Below, piece after piece: positions 1 through 10,920 of a stretch of DNA of 64,000 nt. The notes under the pieces were generated by a model that worked only from the letters and a program-made list of their open reading frames with translations, made no database searches and was not told the DNA's origin. Position 1 is the first letter of the stretch; the number at the start of each line of letters is the position of its first letter. The stretch covers positions 84,940,001-85,004,000 of the forward strand of contig OY740787.1 in NCBI GenBank assembly GCA_963514005.1, in the 5' to 3' direction. The DNA is from Raja brachyura (taxonomy: Eukaryota). The translations under genes were made by a program, and so were the position numbers.

Positions 1-60
1 TAATTAGTCCAGTATAAGCAAGTCTAAATCAGTAGCTCATTTACATTAAAAAAAACGCGT

Positions 61-2350
61 GAGGCAGCATCTCTGGAGAACATGGATAGATAACATTTCA
101 GGTTGGGAAACTGATTATGTGAGAGGGGAAAGAAAGCTGATGAGGTGTGGGGCAGGACAAAGCCTGGTTGGGGTATAAGCAGATGGTTGCACAAAGGTCA
201 GAGATGAAACGACATACCTGTGAGACAAAAGGAGTGAAGAGTAGAAATGTAGGTAGAATGGGAGGGGACAAACAGGTATGAGTCCAGGTGGGGCAGAGGG
301 GAGAGCGGAGGCAGTAAGAATGGGGAGGTGGGTGATGTAGGCTGAGGGGGAGTTTTGTCATAAACTAATATTGGACAGTTCAATGTTCATACCATTGGGT
401 TGCCCGCTAAAATCTGTCCAGGACAGGTCCTTCCAGTTCCAGGTGAGACAGAGGTTCACTTGTACCTCCTCTCACCTTGTCTACTGCATCCAATGCTCCC
501 GATGTGATTTCCTTTACATCGGTGAGACCCAGCATAGACCAGGTGACCAATTAGGCCGAACACTTGCGCTCGATCTGTCAAGGCCTACTGGATCTCCCGG
601 TTGCTAACCATTTTAATTCCTCTTCCCATTCCCTTACTGACCTTTCTGTCTTGGGTTTCAACCACTGCCAGAATGAAGCCACTTGCAAACTGGAGGAACA
701 GCACCCCTTACCCTGCTTGGGTAACTGACAACCCAGTGGTATGAACATTGATTTCTCCAATTTTAGGATCACTACCATTTCTTGACCTCACTATCTCCAT
801 CGCAGGTGATAGACTTCTGACCGACATCCACTACAAACCCACTGACTCCCATGGCGATCTCGACTACTCTTCTTCCCACCCTGCTTCCTGTAAGGACTCC
901 ATCCCCTATTCCCAATTTCTCCGTCTACGCCACATCTGCTCCCAGGTTGAGGTGTTCCACACCAGGGCATCGGAAATGTCCTCATTCTTCAGAGAACAGG
1001 GATTCCCCTCCCCTACTATAGATGAGGCTCGCACCAGGGTCTCCCCCATACCCCGTAACGCTGCTCTCTCTCCCCATCCCCCCCACTCGCAACAAGGGCA
1101 GAGTCCTCTTGGTCCTCACCTTTCACCCCACTAGCCGTCACATACAACAAATAGTCCTCTGTCAGTTTCGCCACCTCCAACGTGACCCCACCACTCGCCC
1201 ATCTCCCCCCCTTGTCTGCTTTCCGCAAAGACCGCTCCCTCCATAAATCCCTTGTCAAATCTTCTCTTCCCTCCCGCACCACCCCTTCCAGGGCGCTTTC
1301 CCTTGCAACCTCAAGAGATGATACACTTGTCACTTTACCTTTCCCCCTCGACTCCATTCAAGGACCCAAGCAGTCTTTCCAGGTGCGACAGAGGTTCACC
1401 TGCATCTCCTCCAACTTCATCTATTGCATCCGCTGCTCAAGTTGTCAGCTGATCTGCATCGGTGAGACTAAGCGTAGACTTGGCGATCGTTTCGCCGAAC
1501 ACCTCCGCTCGGTCCGCATTAACCAACCTGACCTCCCGGTGGCTCAGCACTTCAACTTCCCCTCCCATTCCGTATCCGACCTCTCTGTCCTGGGCCTCCT
1601 CCATGGCCAGAGTGAGCAACACCGCAAATTGGAGGAACAGCACCTCATATTCCGCTTGGGCAGTCTGCACCCTAGTGGCATAAACATTGAATTCTCCCAA
1701 TTCCGTTAGCCCTTGCTGTCTCCTCCCCTTCCTAGCTCTCCCTCAGCACCTCGGGCTTCTCCTCTTCCTTTTACCTTTCTTCTCCCGCCCCAACCCCCAC
1801 CCTCCATCAATCAGAAAAGGGTTTCGGCCCGAAACGTTGCCTATTTCCTTCGCTTCATAGATGCTGCTGCACCCGCTGAGTTTCTCCAGCACTTTTGTCT
1901 ACTTTCGATTTTCTAGCATCTGCAGTTCCTTCTTACACCCTCCCTCCCTCTTCTTCCCTCAGCCTCCCCTCTCTGCCCATGCCACACCTGGACTTGCACC
2001 TATTTCCCCCTCCTCTCTCCACGCACATTTCTCCCTCTAGCTTCAAAAATTGCTAGAAAAATTGCTTCCATCATTTTGTCTCACACCTTCTGTCTTTTTA
2101 TCTCTGTCCTTTGACAAACCATCTGCCTCTCAGCCCCCTCCCCCCCTCACCTCCATCTATTACTTTTCAATCTCTGTCTTGCCCCTCCTCTCTTCCAGCT
2201 TACTTCCCCCAGCCCACTGTTAGTCTGAAGAAGGGCCCTGACCCGAAACATCACCCATCCATGTTTTCCAGCTGACTCACTGATCCATGTTATGCCAGCA
2301 CTTTGTATCTTTTTTTTTGTAAACCAGCATCTGCAGTTCCTTGAGTCTGC
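61..2350 (+). mobile_element. Penelope-like element fragment (outer copy) with inverted 5' pLTR piece, split by a second copy
   Basis: 61-400 is an inverted 3' tail; 407-766 encodes degenerate GIY-YIG (VYCIQCSRCDFLYIGET); the tail resumes at ~1936-2350 with CTGAAGA...GAAA and the gcatctgcagttcc end. Confidence 0.75.
767..1935 (+). mobile_element. Neptune-type Penelope-like element, 5'-truncated (RT C-terminus + GIY-YIG, frameshifted)
   Basis: LPFLDLTI...YKPTDSH..LDYSSSHP..CKDSIPYSQFLRLR.ICS, remnant Cys-rich linker (FPCN..R.YTC), IYCIRCSSCQLICIGETKRRLGDRFAEH...LEEQHLIFRLGSL.P.G.NIEF. Confidence 0.9.
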
Positions 2351-2436
2351 TCATTTGTATCAGTTCTGTGCGTTCGTCCTGGGAACTGCTCTGTTAAAAT
2401 CCAGCCCATGAAACAGCTTGGGCACAGGTCCATCTA

Positions 2437-4051
2437 CAGTGGCTTGCAAATGTATTCATACCCGTTGAACTTTTCCACATTTTGTCACGTTACAACCACA
2501 AACGTAAATGTATTTTATTTGGATTTTATATGATAGACCAACACAAAGTGGCGCATAATTGTGAAGTGGAAGGAAAATGATACATGGTTTTCAAATTTTT
2601 TTACAAATAAAAAACTGAAAAGTGTGGCATGCAAAAGTATTCAGCCCCCTTTACTCTGATACCCCTAAATAAAATCCAGTGCAACCAATTGCCTTCAGAA
2701 GTCACCTAATTAGTAAATAGAGTCCACTTGTGTGTAATCTAATCTCAGTATAAATACAGCTGTTCTGTGAAGGCCTCAGGGGTTTGTTAGAGTACATTAG
2801 TGAAAAAACAGCATCATGAAGCCCAAGGAACACACAGACAGGTCAGGAATAAAGTTGTGGAGAAGTTTAAAGCAGGGTTAGGTTATAAAAAAATATCCCA
2901 AGCTTTGACCATCTCATGGAGCACTGTTCAATCCATCATCCGAAAATGGAAAGAGTATGGCACGCGCAAACCTACCAAGACATGGCCGTCCACCTAAACT
3001 GACAGGCCGGGCAAGGAGAGCATTGATCAGAGAAGCAGCCCAGTGGCCCATGGTAACTCTGGAGGAGCTGCAGAGATCCACAGCTCAGGTGGGAGAATCT
3101 GTCCACATGACAACTATTAGTCGTGCACTCCACAAATCGGTCCTTTATGGAAGAGTGGCAAGAAGAAAGCCATTGTTGAAACAAAGCCATAAGAAGTCCT
3201 GTTTGCAGTTTGCCACAAGTCATGTGGGGAACACAGCAAACATGTGGAGGAAGGTGCTCTGGTCTGATGAGAACAAAATTGAAGTTTTTGGCCTAAATGC
3301 AAAACGCTATGTGTGGCGGAAAACTAACACTGCACATCACCCTGAACACACCATCCCCACTGTGAAACATGGTGGTGGCAGCATCATGCTGTGGGAATGC
3401 TTTTCTTCAGCAGGAACAGGGAAGCTGGTCAGAGTTGATGGGAAGATGGATGGAGCCAAATAGAGGGCAATCTTGGAAGAAAACCTGTTAGAGTCTGCAA
3501 AAGACTTGAGACTGGGGCGGAGGTTCACCTTCCAGCAGGACAACGACCCTAAACATACAGCTAGAGCTACAATGGAATGGTTTAGATCAACGCATATTCA
3601 TGTGTTAAAATGGCCTAGTCAAAGTCCAGACCTAAATCCAATTGAGAATCTCTGGCAAGACTTGAAAATAGCTGTTCACAGATGCTCTCCATCCAATCTG
3701 ACTGAGTTTGAGCTATTTTGCACAGAAGAATGGGCAAAAATTTCAGTCCCTAGATGTGCAAAGCTGGTAGAGACATAACCCCAAAAGACTTGCAGCTGTA
3801 ATTGCAGCGAAAGGTGGTTCTACAAAGTATTGACTCAGGGGGGCTGAATACTTTTGCACGCCACACTTTTCAGTTTTTTATTTGTAATAACATTTGAAAA
3901 CCATGTATCATTTTCCTTCCACTTCACAATTATGCACCACTTTGTGTTGGTCTATCACATAAAATCCCAATAAAATACATTTACGTTTGTGGTTGTAACG
4001 TCACAAAATGTGGAAAAGTTCAAGGGGTATGAATACTTTTGCAAGCCACTG
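2437..4051 (+). mobile_element. Tc1-family DNA transposon, full length, inactivated
   Basis: TA|CAGTGGCTTGCAAA ... TTTGCAAGCCACTG|TA; ~213-bp TIRs (2437-2650 / ~3837-4051); TA target duplication. Confidence 0.97.
2816..3833 (+). pseudogene. Tc1 DD34E transposase pseudogene
   Basis: HTH region, GRPPKL, WSDE, FQQDNDPKH, SPDLNPIENLW (34 residues between D and E), GGSTKY*. Frameshifts near 2837 and 2963; stops at 3461 and 3776. Confidence 0.95.
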
Positions 4052-4371
4052 TACATGGTAATTTCAACATTACATCTCGAACATCTGGATTTAAGAGAGA
4101 AATGCCCCTTTGTCAGTTGAAATTTGTCCTTCCAGATGGAGCAGTTTAAGCCAACACAAATCAAAACTTATACCTACATTTTTCATTTTAGTTTTGATGG
4201 CACAATTTTCATAGCTTATTTGAAAATCTAATATTGAATTTGAATTTATTCTTCAATTGTATTTTGTTCCTCAAATCAAACTGGGGTGGATATTTTAAAG
4301 TGGTTTATCTGAAGATTATGCTTGATAGGTTTAATATAATGTGCAGGGAGGTTTAAATGCTAATTTAAACC

Positions 4372-4925
4372 GGAGACAGACAAAAGGCTGGAATAGTTCA
4401 AGCATCTCTGTAGATAAGGAATAGGTGACGTTTCAGGTCGAGACCCTTCTTCAGACTGAGAATCAGGAGAAAGCGAACGAGAGATACAGTGGGTACTTAG
4501 GAGAAATTAATGGTAGATATGCTAAAAGCAACGATAATCAAAGAAATGTGGGGCACACAATAGGCCATTGCTGGCAGTGGGTTAGGTGATAACGAGTTAG
4601 AGATAGAGGAACTTACCAGGATGACAGTGAAAGTAGTACATCGACTAGGGTGGGAGACGGACGGAGGGAGAGGGGGATTCAAGGCTACTCATAGATAAAT
4701 AAATCAATATTCATACCGCTGGGCTGTAAGCTGCCCAAGCAAAATATGAGATGCTGTTCCTCCAATTTAGGTTTGGCCTCAGTCTGACAATGGAGGAGGC
4801 CCAGGACAGAAAGGCCAGTATGGGAATGGGAGGGGGAGTGAAAGTGTTTGGCAACTGGTAGATCACGTAGGCCGAGGTGGACTGAGTGAAGGTGTTCAGT
4901 GAAGTCTAGGCTTGGTTCAGCCAAT
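4372..4925 (-). mobile_element. Penelope-like 3' fragment
   Basis: ORF 4685-4945 gives EHLHSV...LPVAKHF...LEEQHLIFCLGSLQP.GMNID, followed by the pLTR tail. Confidence 0.85.
4423..4458 (-). ncRNA. minimal hammerhead ribozyme motif in Penelope pLTR
   Basis: agt-CUGAAGA-a-GGGUC-uc-GACCU-GAAA-cg-UC-acc: both catalytic boxes, stem II, palindromic ACGU in place of helix III, GUC cleavage triplet. Confidence 0.7.
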
Positions 4926-5044
4926 CGACGGCTCCATGTAACCACTATATCATCACATGCATTTACTCTAGAATCTTCCCAGATACTTGTCTCTGTCAGA
5001 AAGCTTCTTGTTCAAGTCCTTATCTGGAATTCTACCACCAAAGA

Positions 5045-6170
5045 TCTAGACTGATGTCCAATGTAGCACCGAGGGAAGATTAAACTCTCAGACTGGCTAT
5101 TTTTCAGATGAGTTGCCAAATCAGTGTTCTATCCATGACACCTTAAGTGGCAACGGCTCGACTGCAGTCCGTCCGTCATTTCTTTGTTTTTGTCTCGTGA
5201 GGTGTATGTTTTTGGTTTTATTTTTTTTAGATGTGTATATATGGGAGGGTGGGGACTTTTAAAATGTTTTTATCTCTTCCCTGTACGGGGACCCGACCTT
5301 TTCCCTGTCGGGTCTCCGTTGCCGTTAGGGCCTAACATCGTGGAGCTGGCGGCCTCCAACGGGAACCAACCTGAGGGCTCCAGTCGCAGAGTCTGCGGAC
5401 TCACCATCGCGGAGCTGGCCGACTTTGGGTGCGGAGCGCTGTGATGGCACGCGGCTGCGACCCGACTTTGGAGCTTCGGAGGCTCCAGCCGCAGGCCTGG
5501 TGGACGGTAACACCGGGAGCTCGCGGGTCCCTGGTGGGAGACGGCTTTCCGCAGCTCCCGCAACGGCAACCTCTCACGCCCGAATAGCGGGGTTAAAAAC
5601 GACCCGGAGCGGGGCCTTACGGCGCGGCTTTAACGGCCGCGGGAATTACCATTGCCGCCGGGGGCTCCAACATCGAGACCCGGAGCAGGTCCTTTCATCG
5701 ACCGGGACTTACCATCGCCCGCCAGGGGCTTTAACATCGGGAGAAGAATAAAGAACAGGGGAGAGACAAGACTTTGCCATCCATCACAGTGAGGAGGTGT
5801 TTGGAGATTCACTGTGATGGATGTTGGTATAAATTGTGTTAATTGGGTGTCTTGGTTTTTTTCTTGTTCGTATGACTGCAGAAACAAAATTTTGTTTGAC
5901 CTTGGGTTCAAATGACAAAAAAAGGTATTCTGATTCTGATGAGGAATAGAGTATCTTTGCCAACTTTTCCAATGTTTATCCCTCAACCAACGTCGCAAAG
6001 ACAGATGACTATATTGCAAGAATTACATTGTTATTTAGGAGAGGTTGTTATGTTTGAAAGAACAGTGTTTAAAACTGGCCGCTGCCTTAACTATCTCACC
6101 AGCTGTAAAGTTGTATTGGAACGGCCAGAAAGGAATGTGATTGGAATTAAATTAAAGCAAGCTTTTATTT
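5045..6170 (+). mobile_element. old Deu-domain SINE relic split by the insertion at ~5150-5940
   Basis: Degenerate Deu-like motifs: gcaccgagggaag...tttcagatgag (5070-5112) and ccaatgtttatccctcaaccaac...acagat (5969-6006). Confidence 0.5.
5150..5940 (+). mobile_element. unclassified GC-rich non-autonomous retroposon, copy 1
   Basis: CpG-rich body; 15-bp perfect hairpin at 5778-5823; LINE-like tail aaatgacaaaaaaaggtattctgattctgat; shares motifs with 49405-50080. Confidence 0.6.
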
Positions 6171-6454
6171 ATTTTGCTTCAGTGGGTCCAACACTAATAA
6201 TTTAAAGGGGATTGTCACAATTAAAGCATGGGCCTACTTTTAAAAAAAAGATATTGTTTGCAGATTTTAGAACAAGCTCCAAAGTACACATTGGAATTTA
6301 CGCTGCTGATGTGCTGAACTCAGAACACCATGACAATGATGAAGTTACTCAAATCAATTCACACAGTGGAATATGAGTGGGATAGCTGCGTGGTGGTGCT
6401 ACTGCCTCACAGATCCAGTGACCTGGGTTCGATCCTAACCTAAGGTTACGATTA

Positions 6455-6625
6455 GCCACAAAAAAGCTGGTGTAACTCAGCGGGTCAGACAGCACCCTGA
6501 GACCCTTCTTCAGACCCGAAACGTTATATATCATTTTTCTACAGAGATACTGTCTGACCCGCTGAGTTACTCCAGCATTTTGTGTCTATCTGCGGTTTAA
6601 ACCAGCATCTGCAGTTCGTCCCTAC
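6455..6625. mobile_element. Penelope pLTR fold-back element
   Basis: gctggtgtaactcagcgggtcagacagca ... tgtctgacccgctgagttactccagc inverted arms around a hammerhead remnant. Confidence 0.75.
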
Positions 6626-6728
6626 ACCTAACCTAAGGCTGCTCTTTGTGTGGGCTTTGTATTTTCACTCTGTGATGGTCTCGGTTTACCCCAGCTGGCC
6701 TGGTTTCCCTCCACATTCCAAAGACATG

Positions 6729-7020
6729 TGCGGCATGGTGGCGCAGCGGTAAAGTTGCTGCCTTACAGCGCCAGAGACCTGGGTTTGATCCTGACTACGA
6801 GTGTTGTCTATACGGAGTTTGTATGTTCTCCCCATGACATCCGGAATCCCTGGTTTCCTCCCACATTCCAAAGAAATACAGGTTTGTAGGTTAATTTCAG
6901 CATATAATTGTAAATTGTCCCTAGTGTATATAGATAGCATTATTGTGCGGGGATCGCAGGTCGGCACAGACGCGGTGGGCCGAAGGGCCTGTTTCCACGC
7001 TAAATCTCTAAAGTAAACTA
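6729..7020 (+). mobile_element. HE1-type tRNA-derived V-SINE (inside an older SINE at ~6375-7200)
   Basis: ggtggcgcagcggt A-box, gggtttgatcc B-box, V-domain tttcctcccacattccaaag, CR1-like tail gggccgaagggcctgtttcc. Confidence 0.88.
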
Positions 7021-7322
7021 GACATCTTGATTGGTAGGTTAATTGGTTACTGCAAATAATTCCCAGTGTAGGTAGATGGTAAGAAAACCAGCGCAGAGTT
7101 CATGGACGTATAAGAGAAAATAGGTTACCGAGAGATATGTGGGGAAATGGAAACTCATTAAGAGCTGGAATAGTCTAAGTGGAATGGCCTCCTTCTACAG
7201 CACTTTGATCCAATGATCTAGAGGCATGAGTTGAGATCCAACAACGATACCAAGATGCATTCTATTGAATGAAACTCTGGAATTTGTCTAAAAAAAATGA
7301 TCTGGTACAACTAATGGTGGCT

Positions 7323-7656
7323 GTTTAGTTTAGTTTTTTAGTTTAGTTTAGAGATACAGCGAGGAACCAGGCCCTTCGGCCCACCAAGTCCACACCGACC
7401 AGCGATCCTCACAGATTAACATTACCCTACACACACTAGGGACAATTGTGCATTTATATCAAGTCAATTAACCTACAAACCTGTAGGCCTTTGGAGTGTG
7501 GGAGTAAACCGAAGATCTAGGAGAAAACCCACGCTGGTCACGGTGAGAACGTACAAACTCCTTACGGACAGCACCTGTAGTCAGGATCGAACCCGGGTCT
7601 CAAGTACTGCAAGTGATGTCAGGCAGCAACTCTACCGCTGCGCCACCACGATGCCC
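7323..7656 (-). mobile_element. HE1-type V-SINE
   Basis: Full reverse copy with (ctaaa)n tail. Confidence 0.9.
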
Positions 7657-7916
7657 TACAGCTGTTAATAGGTCATTCAGAACTCAAAAAATTCGCTCTG
7701 TTGTTTTTGGCATAAAATCTGCCATCCTTAGCTGGCCTGTTCTCTGTGCGACACCAGAACCACGCTATAATCTAGCTGACTCTGGGCTGACCTCTGATTG
7801 GCCACCCAACCCTTTCAGTCTAAGGATGATTAGGAACCGGCAGCACGTGGTATTCTTACCAGTGACACTTATGTCTTGCAAATGAATAAAATAATTCCAC
7901 GTTGGGAAATAGATTA

Positions 7917-8222
7917 GGGGGGCACGGTGGCACAGCGGTAGAGTTGCTGCCTTACAGCACTTGCAGTGCCGGAGACCTGGGTTCTATCCTGACTAAAGGT
8001 GCTGTCTCTACGCAGTTTGTACATTCTCCCCGTGACCACGTGGGTTTTCTCCAGGATCTCCAGTTTCCTCCCACACTCCAAAGACGTACCGGTTTGTAGG
8101 TTAATTGGCATGGAAGTGTAAATTATCCCTAATGTGTGCAGGATAGGGTTAATGTGTGGGGATCGCTGACCGGTGCGGACTCGGTGGGCCGAAGGATCTG
8201 TTTCCTCGCTTTCTCCAAACTA
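7917..8222 (+). mobile_element. HE1-type V-SINE
   Basis: ggcacggtggcacagcggtagag head, V-domain and tail. Confidence 0.9.
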
Positions 8223-8239
8223 GATTGGTCATCTAATTA

Positions 8240-8398
8240 CTGAAGATGCAGAAGACTGCCAGTGCGGACAGGACCTCCAGACTATGGAACATCTCCTGAG
8301 CTGTGACATGTTGCAGGACCTTGCAGAGGCCAATGATGTGGCACTAAAATTTGCATGCTGTTGGCAAACAGTTGTGTAATGACACGAGAAAAAAAAAT
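8240..8398 (+). mobile_element. I-group (Ingi/Vingi-like) LINE 3' end
   Basis: Translates DCQCGQDLQTMEHLLSC...DLAEANDVALKFACCW..* (C-terminal CCHC knuckle), then a short UTR and A-run. Confidence 0.55.
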
Positions 8399-8627
8399 CT
8401 AATTATGAAATGAAATGAAATAAAAGCAGACCGTTCAGCAAATACTCTACAAGTCAGGCAGCATCCGTGCAGTCAGAAACAGAAGAAGGGCCCCAACCCA
8501 AAACATGGCCTGTCCACATCCTTCACGGATGCTCCCTGACCTGGTGAGTTGGTGGTCGCTTGAAACAGTTAATGTTCTTTTTCAGTGACCTCACCTGAAT
8601 TTTAATAGTTTTTCTGGTTTTAACCAG

Positions 8628-9875
8628 TCAGCCTGAATTCTCACTATCTGCACTACCACCCACTTTTGTATCAGCTACAAACTTGCTAATTTTGCCATGT
8701 ACATTCTCATCCAAATCATTGACAGAGATGACTAACAGTAACGGACCCAGCACCGAACTTTGAGGCACATCACTAGTCACAGGCCTCCAGTCCGAGAAGC
8801 AACCTTCCACTATCACTCTCTGCTTCCTTCCTTGAAGTCAATTTCCTATCTATTCAGCTATCTCTCCGCTGATCCCATGCAATCTAACTTTCCAGAGCAG
8901 CCTACCATGTGGATCCTTGTCAAATGCTTTGCTGAAGTCCATGTACACAACTTCTACAACTCTTCCCCATCAACTTTTTTTTTTTTTTTTTTAAGTATTT
9001 TTATTAGAAGCAATGCATATTGTCTAAAGTATAACAATTCTTCAAATGCAAATTATACTTGTTACAAAAATTATACAGATGTTACGGAATAATTTATGTA
9101 TGCTTCTGGTTTTTTTTTGGAAAGTAAAGAAGTGGTAAAAGAAGTGAAAGTATAGATCAATAATCAAGAGATGGTGATTATGATTATATAAGATTTTTTT
9201 TTTAAAGAGTAAAAAATAAAAAACAATAAAAAATTATAAAAATAAACATATAAGAAAAAAAACAATTATTACATAATAAAAAAAAAAAAACATCTTAACA
9301 ATGAATGGAGCAATTTCACATAACAATATCTATAGAGACGTGTATACAAATCCCAGAATACATCTTTTCATCTAATCCTACACCAGGGTACTTATTGAGT
9401 TACAATGCTGAGCTCAGCTACCCCTTTAAATAATCAATGAATGGAGACCATATTTGTTCAAAAAGTTCATATTTGTCCATTAGGACAAACCTAATTCTCT
9501 CCAAATGCAACGTCTCCGACATTTCCACTGTCCACATTTTGATTGTGGGGGATAATGTTCCCTTCCAGAATTTTAATATTAATTTTTTTCCAATTATCAA
9601 ACAGTGATCATGAAAATTTCTTTGACTTACTGTTAATATTAAGCTTGAATCAGGAACTCCTAATATTATTAGCTTTAGAACCCATCAATTTTTTTGGTCA
9701 CATCTTCAAAAAATTGTAACACAAAATCCAAGTACAAAACCATGCTAACTATCCCATGTCTATCTAATTGCCTGTAAAACCTATCCCTCAGAATACTCTC
9801 CAGTAACTTTCCAACGACAGATATTAAGCTCACTGGCCTATAGTTCCCAGCATTTTCCCTGCAGCCCTTTTTCAA
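8628..9875 (-). mobile_element. CR1 LINE RT fragment split by an L1/Tx1 insertion
   Basis: NYRPVSLISVVGKLLESI (9675-9887) and SDWRPVTSDVPQSSVLGPLL...ISKFVADTK (8628-8816). Confidence 0.88.
8975..9680 (-). mobile_element. L1/Tx1-like LINE 3' end with poly(A) tail and target-site duplication
   Basis: GKKLILKFWK...PTIKMW...LHLERIRF...IWSPFIDYL* is a typical L1 ORF2 C-terminus. Poly(T) at 8975-8992; cccatcaa(c/t)ttttt duplicated at 8966 and 9681. Confidence 0.8.
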
Positions 9876-10610
9876 CTGAATTGCCAATCATGCTGTCTGC
9901 AAATGGAACCAGTTCAAAGAGACTGATTGTCATAAGATTCACAAGGCACTCTGGAAATATGTTCTTCATTCAAGTTCGCTTTCAACCTTGGAACACCACC
10001 TCACACACATCTCACTTCCAAGTAAAAATCCAGCCCATTGTTGTAGTAATGTTCTCCCAAATAACTGGTCAGCTTTTTCTCGTAATATACCTCTGTTCAA
10101 AAGGAAACAATTTCTCCCCAGAGAATCTTTACTGTTCACTGTCCTAAAATTTAGAACTTTCTTTTGAGCCATGCATTTCAGACAATGAGGTCGTTAAGTA
10201 ATACATCTGATGGTTTATCTGCTCCCCTGGTACACCCAGTGCAGATCATCAATAGTTCCTGTCTATGCTGCCGAACTAATTAGATGGGACTGTACATACT
10301 GAAATGGGTTTTAGAAGCATTCACAAACTTGACACATTGCAAATTGCATCTTGCAGGTGGGATTGGCTTGTATTTAACAAGTGCAAAACATTTCAGGCTG
10401 GAGGCGACTGAGGCAATGAACTGAATCCAACCTTTTCAGGAGCAGGTGGCAGTCAAGATGTGCACTCGTTTTGATTTCAGGTCCAATTTCTCCCCATCAT
10501 ATGTTTTCTCCCTTGCCCTATATCCAAGTACCTTCAAAACACTCTAGCCTGGAAACTGGATAAATTGGATTTTAATTGGCAAGTGTTATTTCAACATAGA
10601 GTATATTATC

Positions 10611-10912
10611 TTAGTTTAGTTTAGTTTAGTTCAGAGATACAGTGTTGAAACAGGCCCTTTGGCCCACCGAGTCCGAGTCGACCAATGATCACCCGCACGC
10701 CTGTTTTATCCCACACACTAAGGATAATTTACAGAAGCTAATGAACCTACAAACCTGCATGTCTTTGGGATATAGGAGGAAACTGGAGCACCTGAAGAAA
10801 ACCCACACGGCCAAAGAACAAATGTACAAACCCTGTACAGATAGCCCCAATAGCCAGAGTCGAACCCGGGCCCATGGCACTGTAATGCAGCAACTACCGC
10901 TGTACCACTGTG
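10611..10912 (-). mobile_element. HE1-type V-SINE
   Basis: Reverse copy with (ctaaa)n tail. Confidence 0.85.
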
Positions 10913-10920
10913 TACTCTAA

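Noticed and set aside
6729-6800. tRNA-like sequences (also 7917, 12160, 44217)
   Set aside because: They are SINE heads continuing into the V-domain, not cloverleaf tRNA genes.
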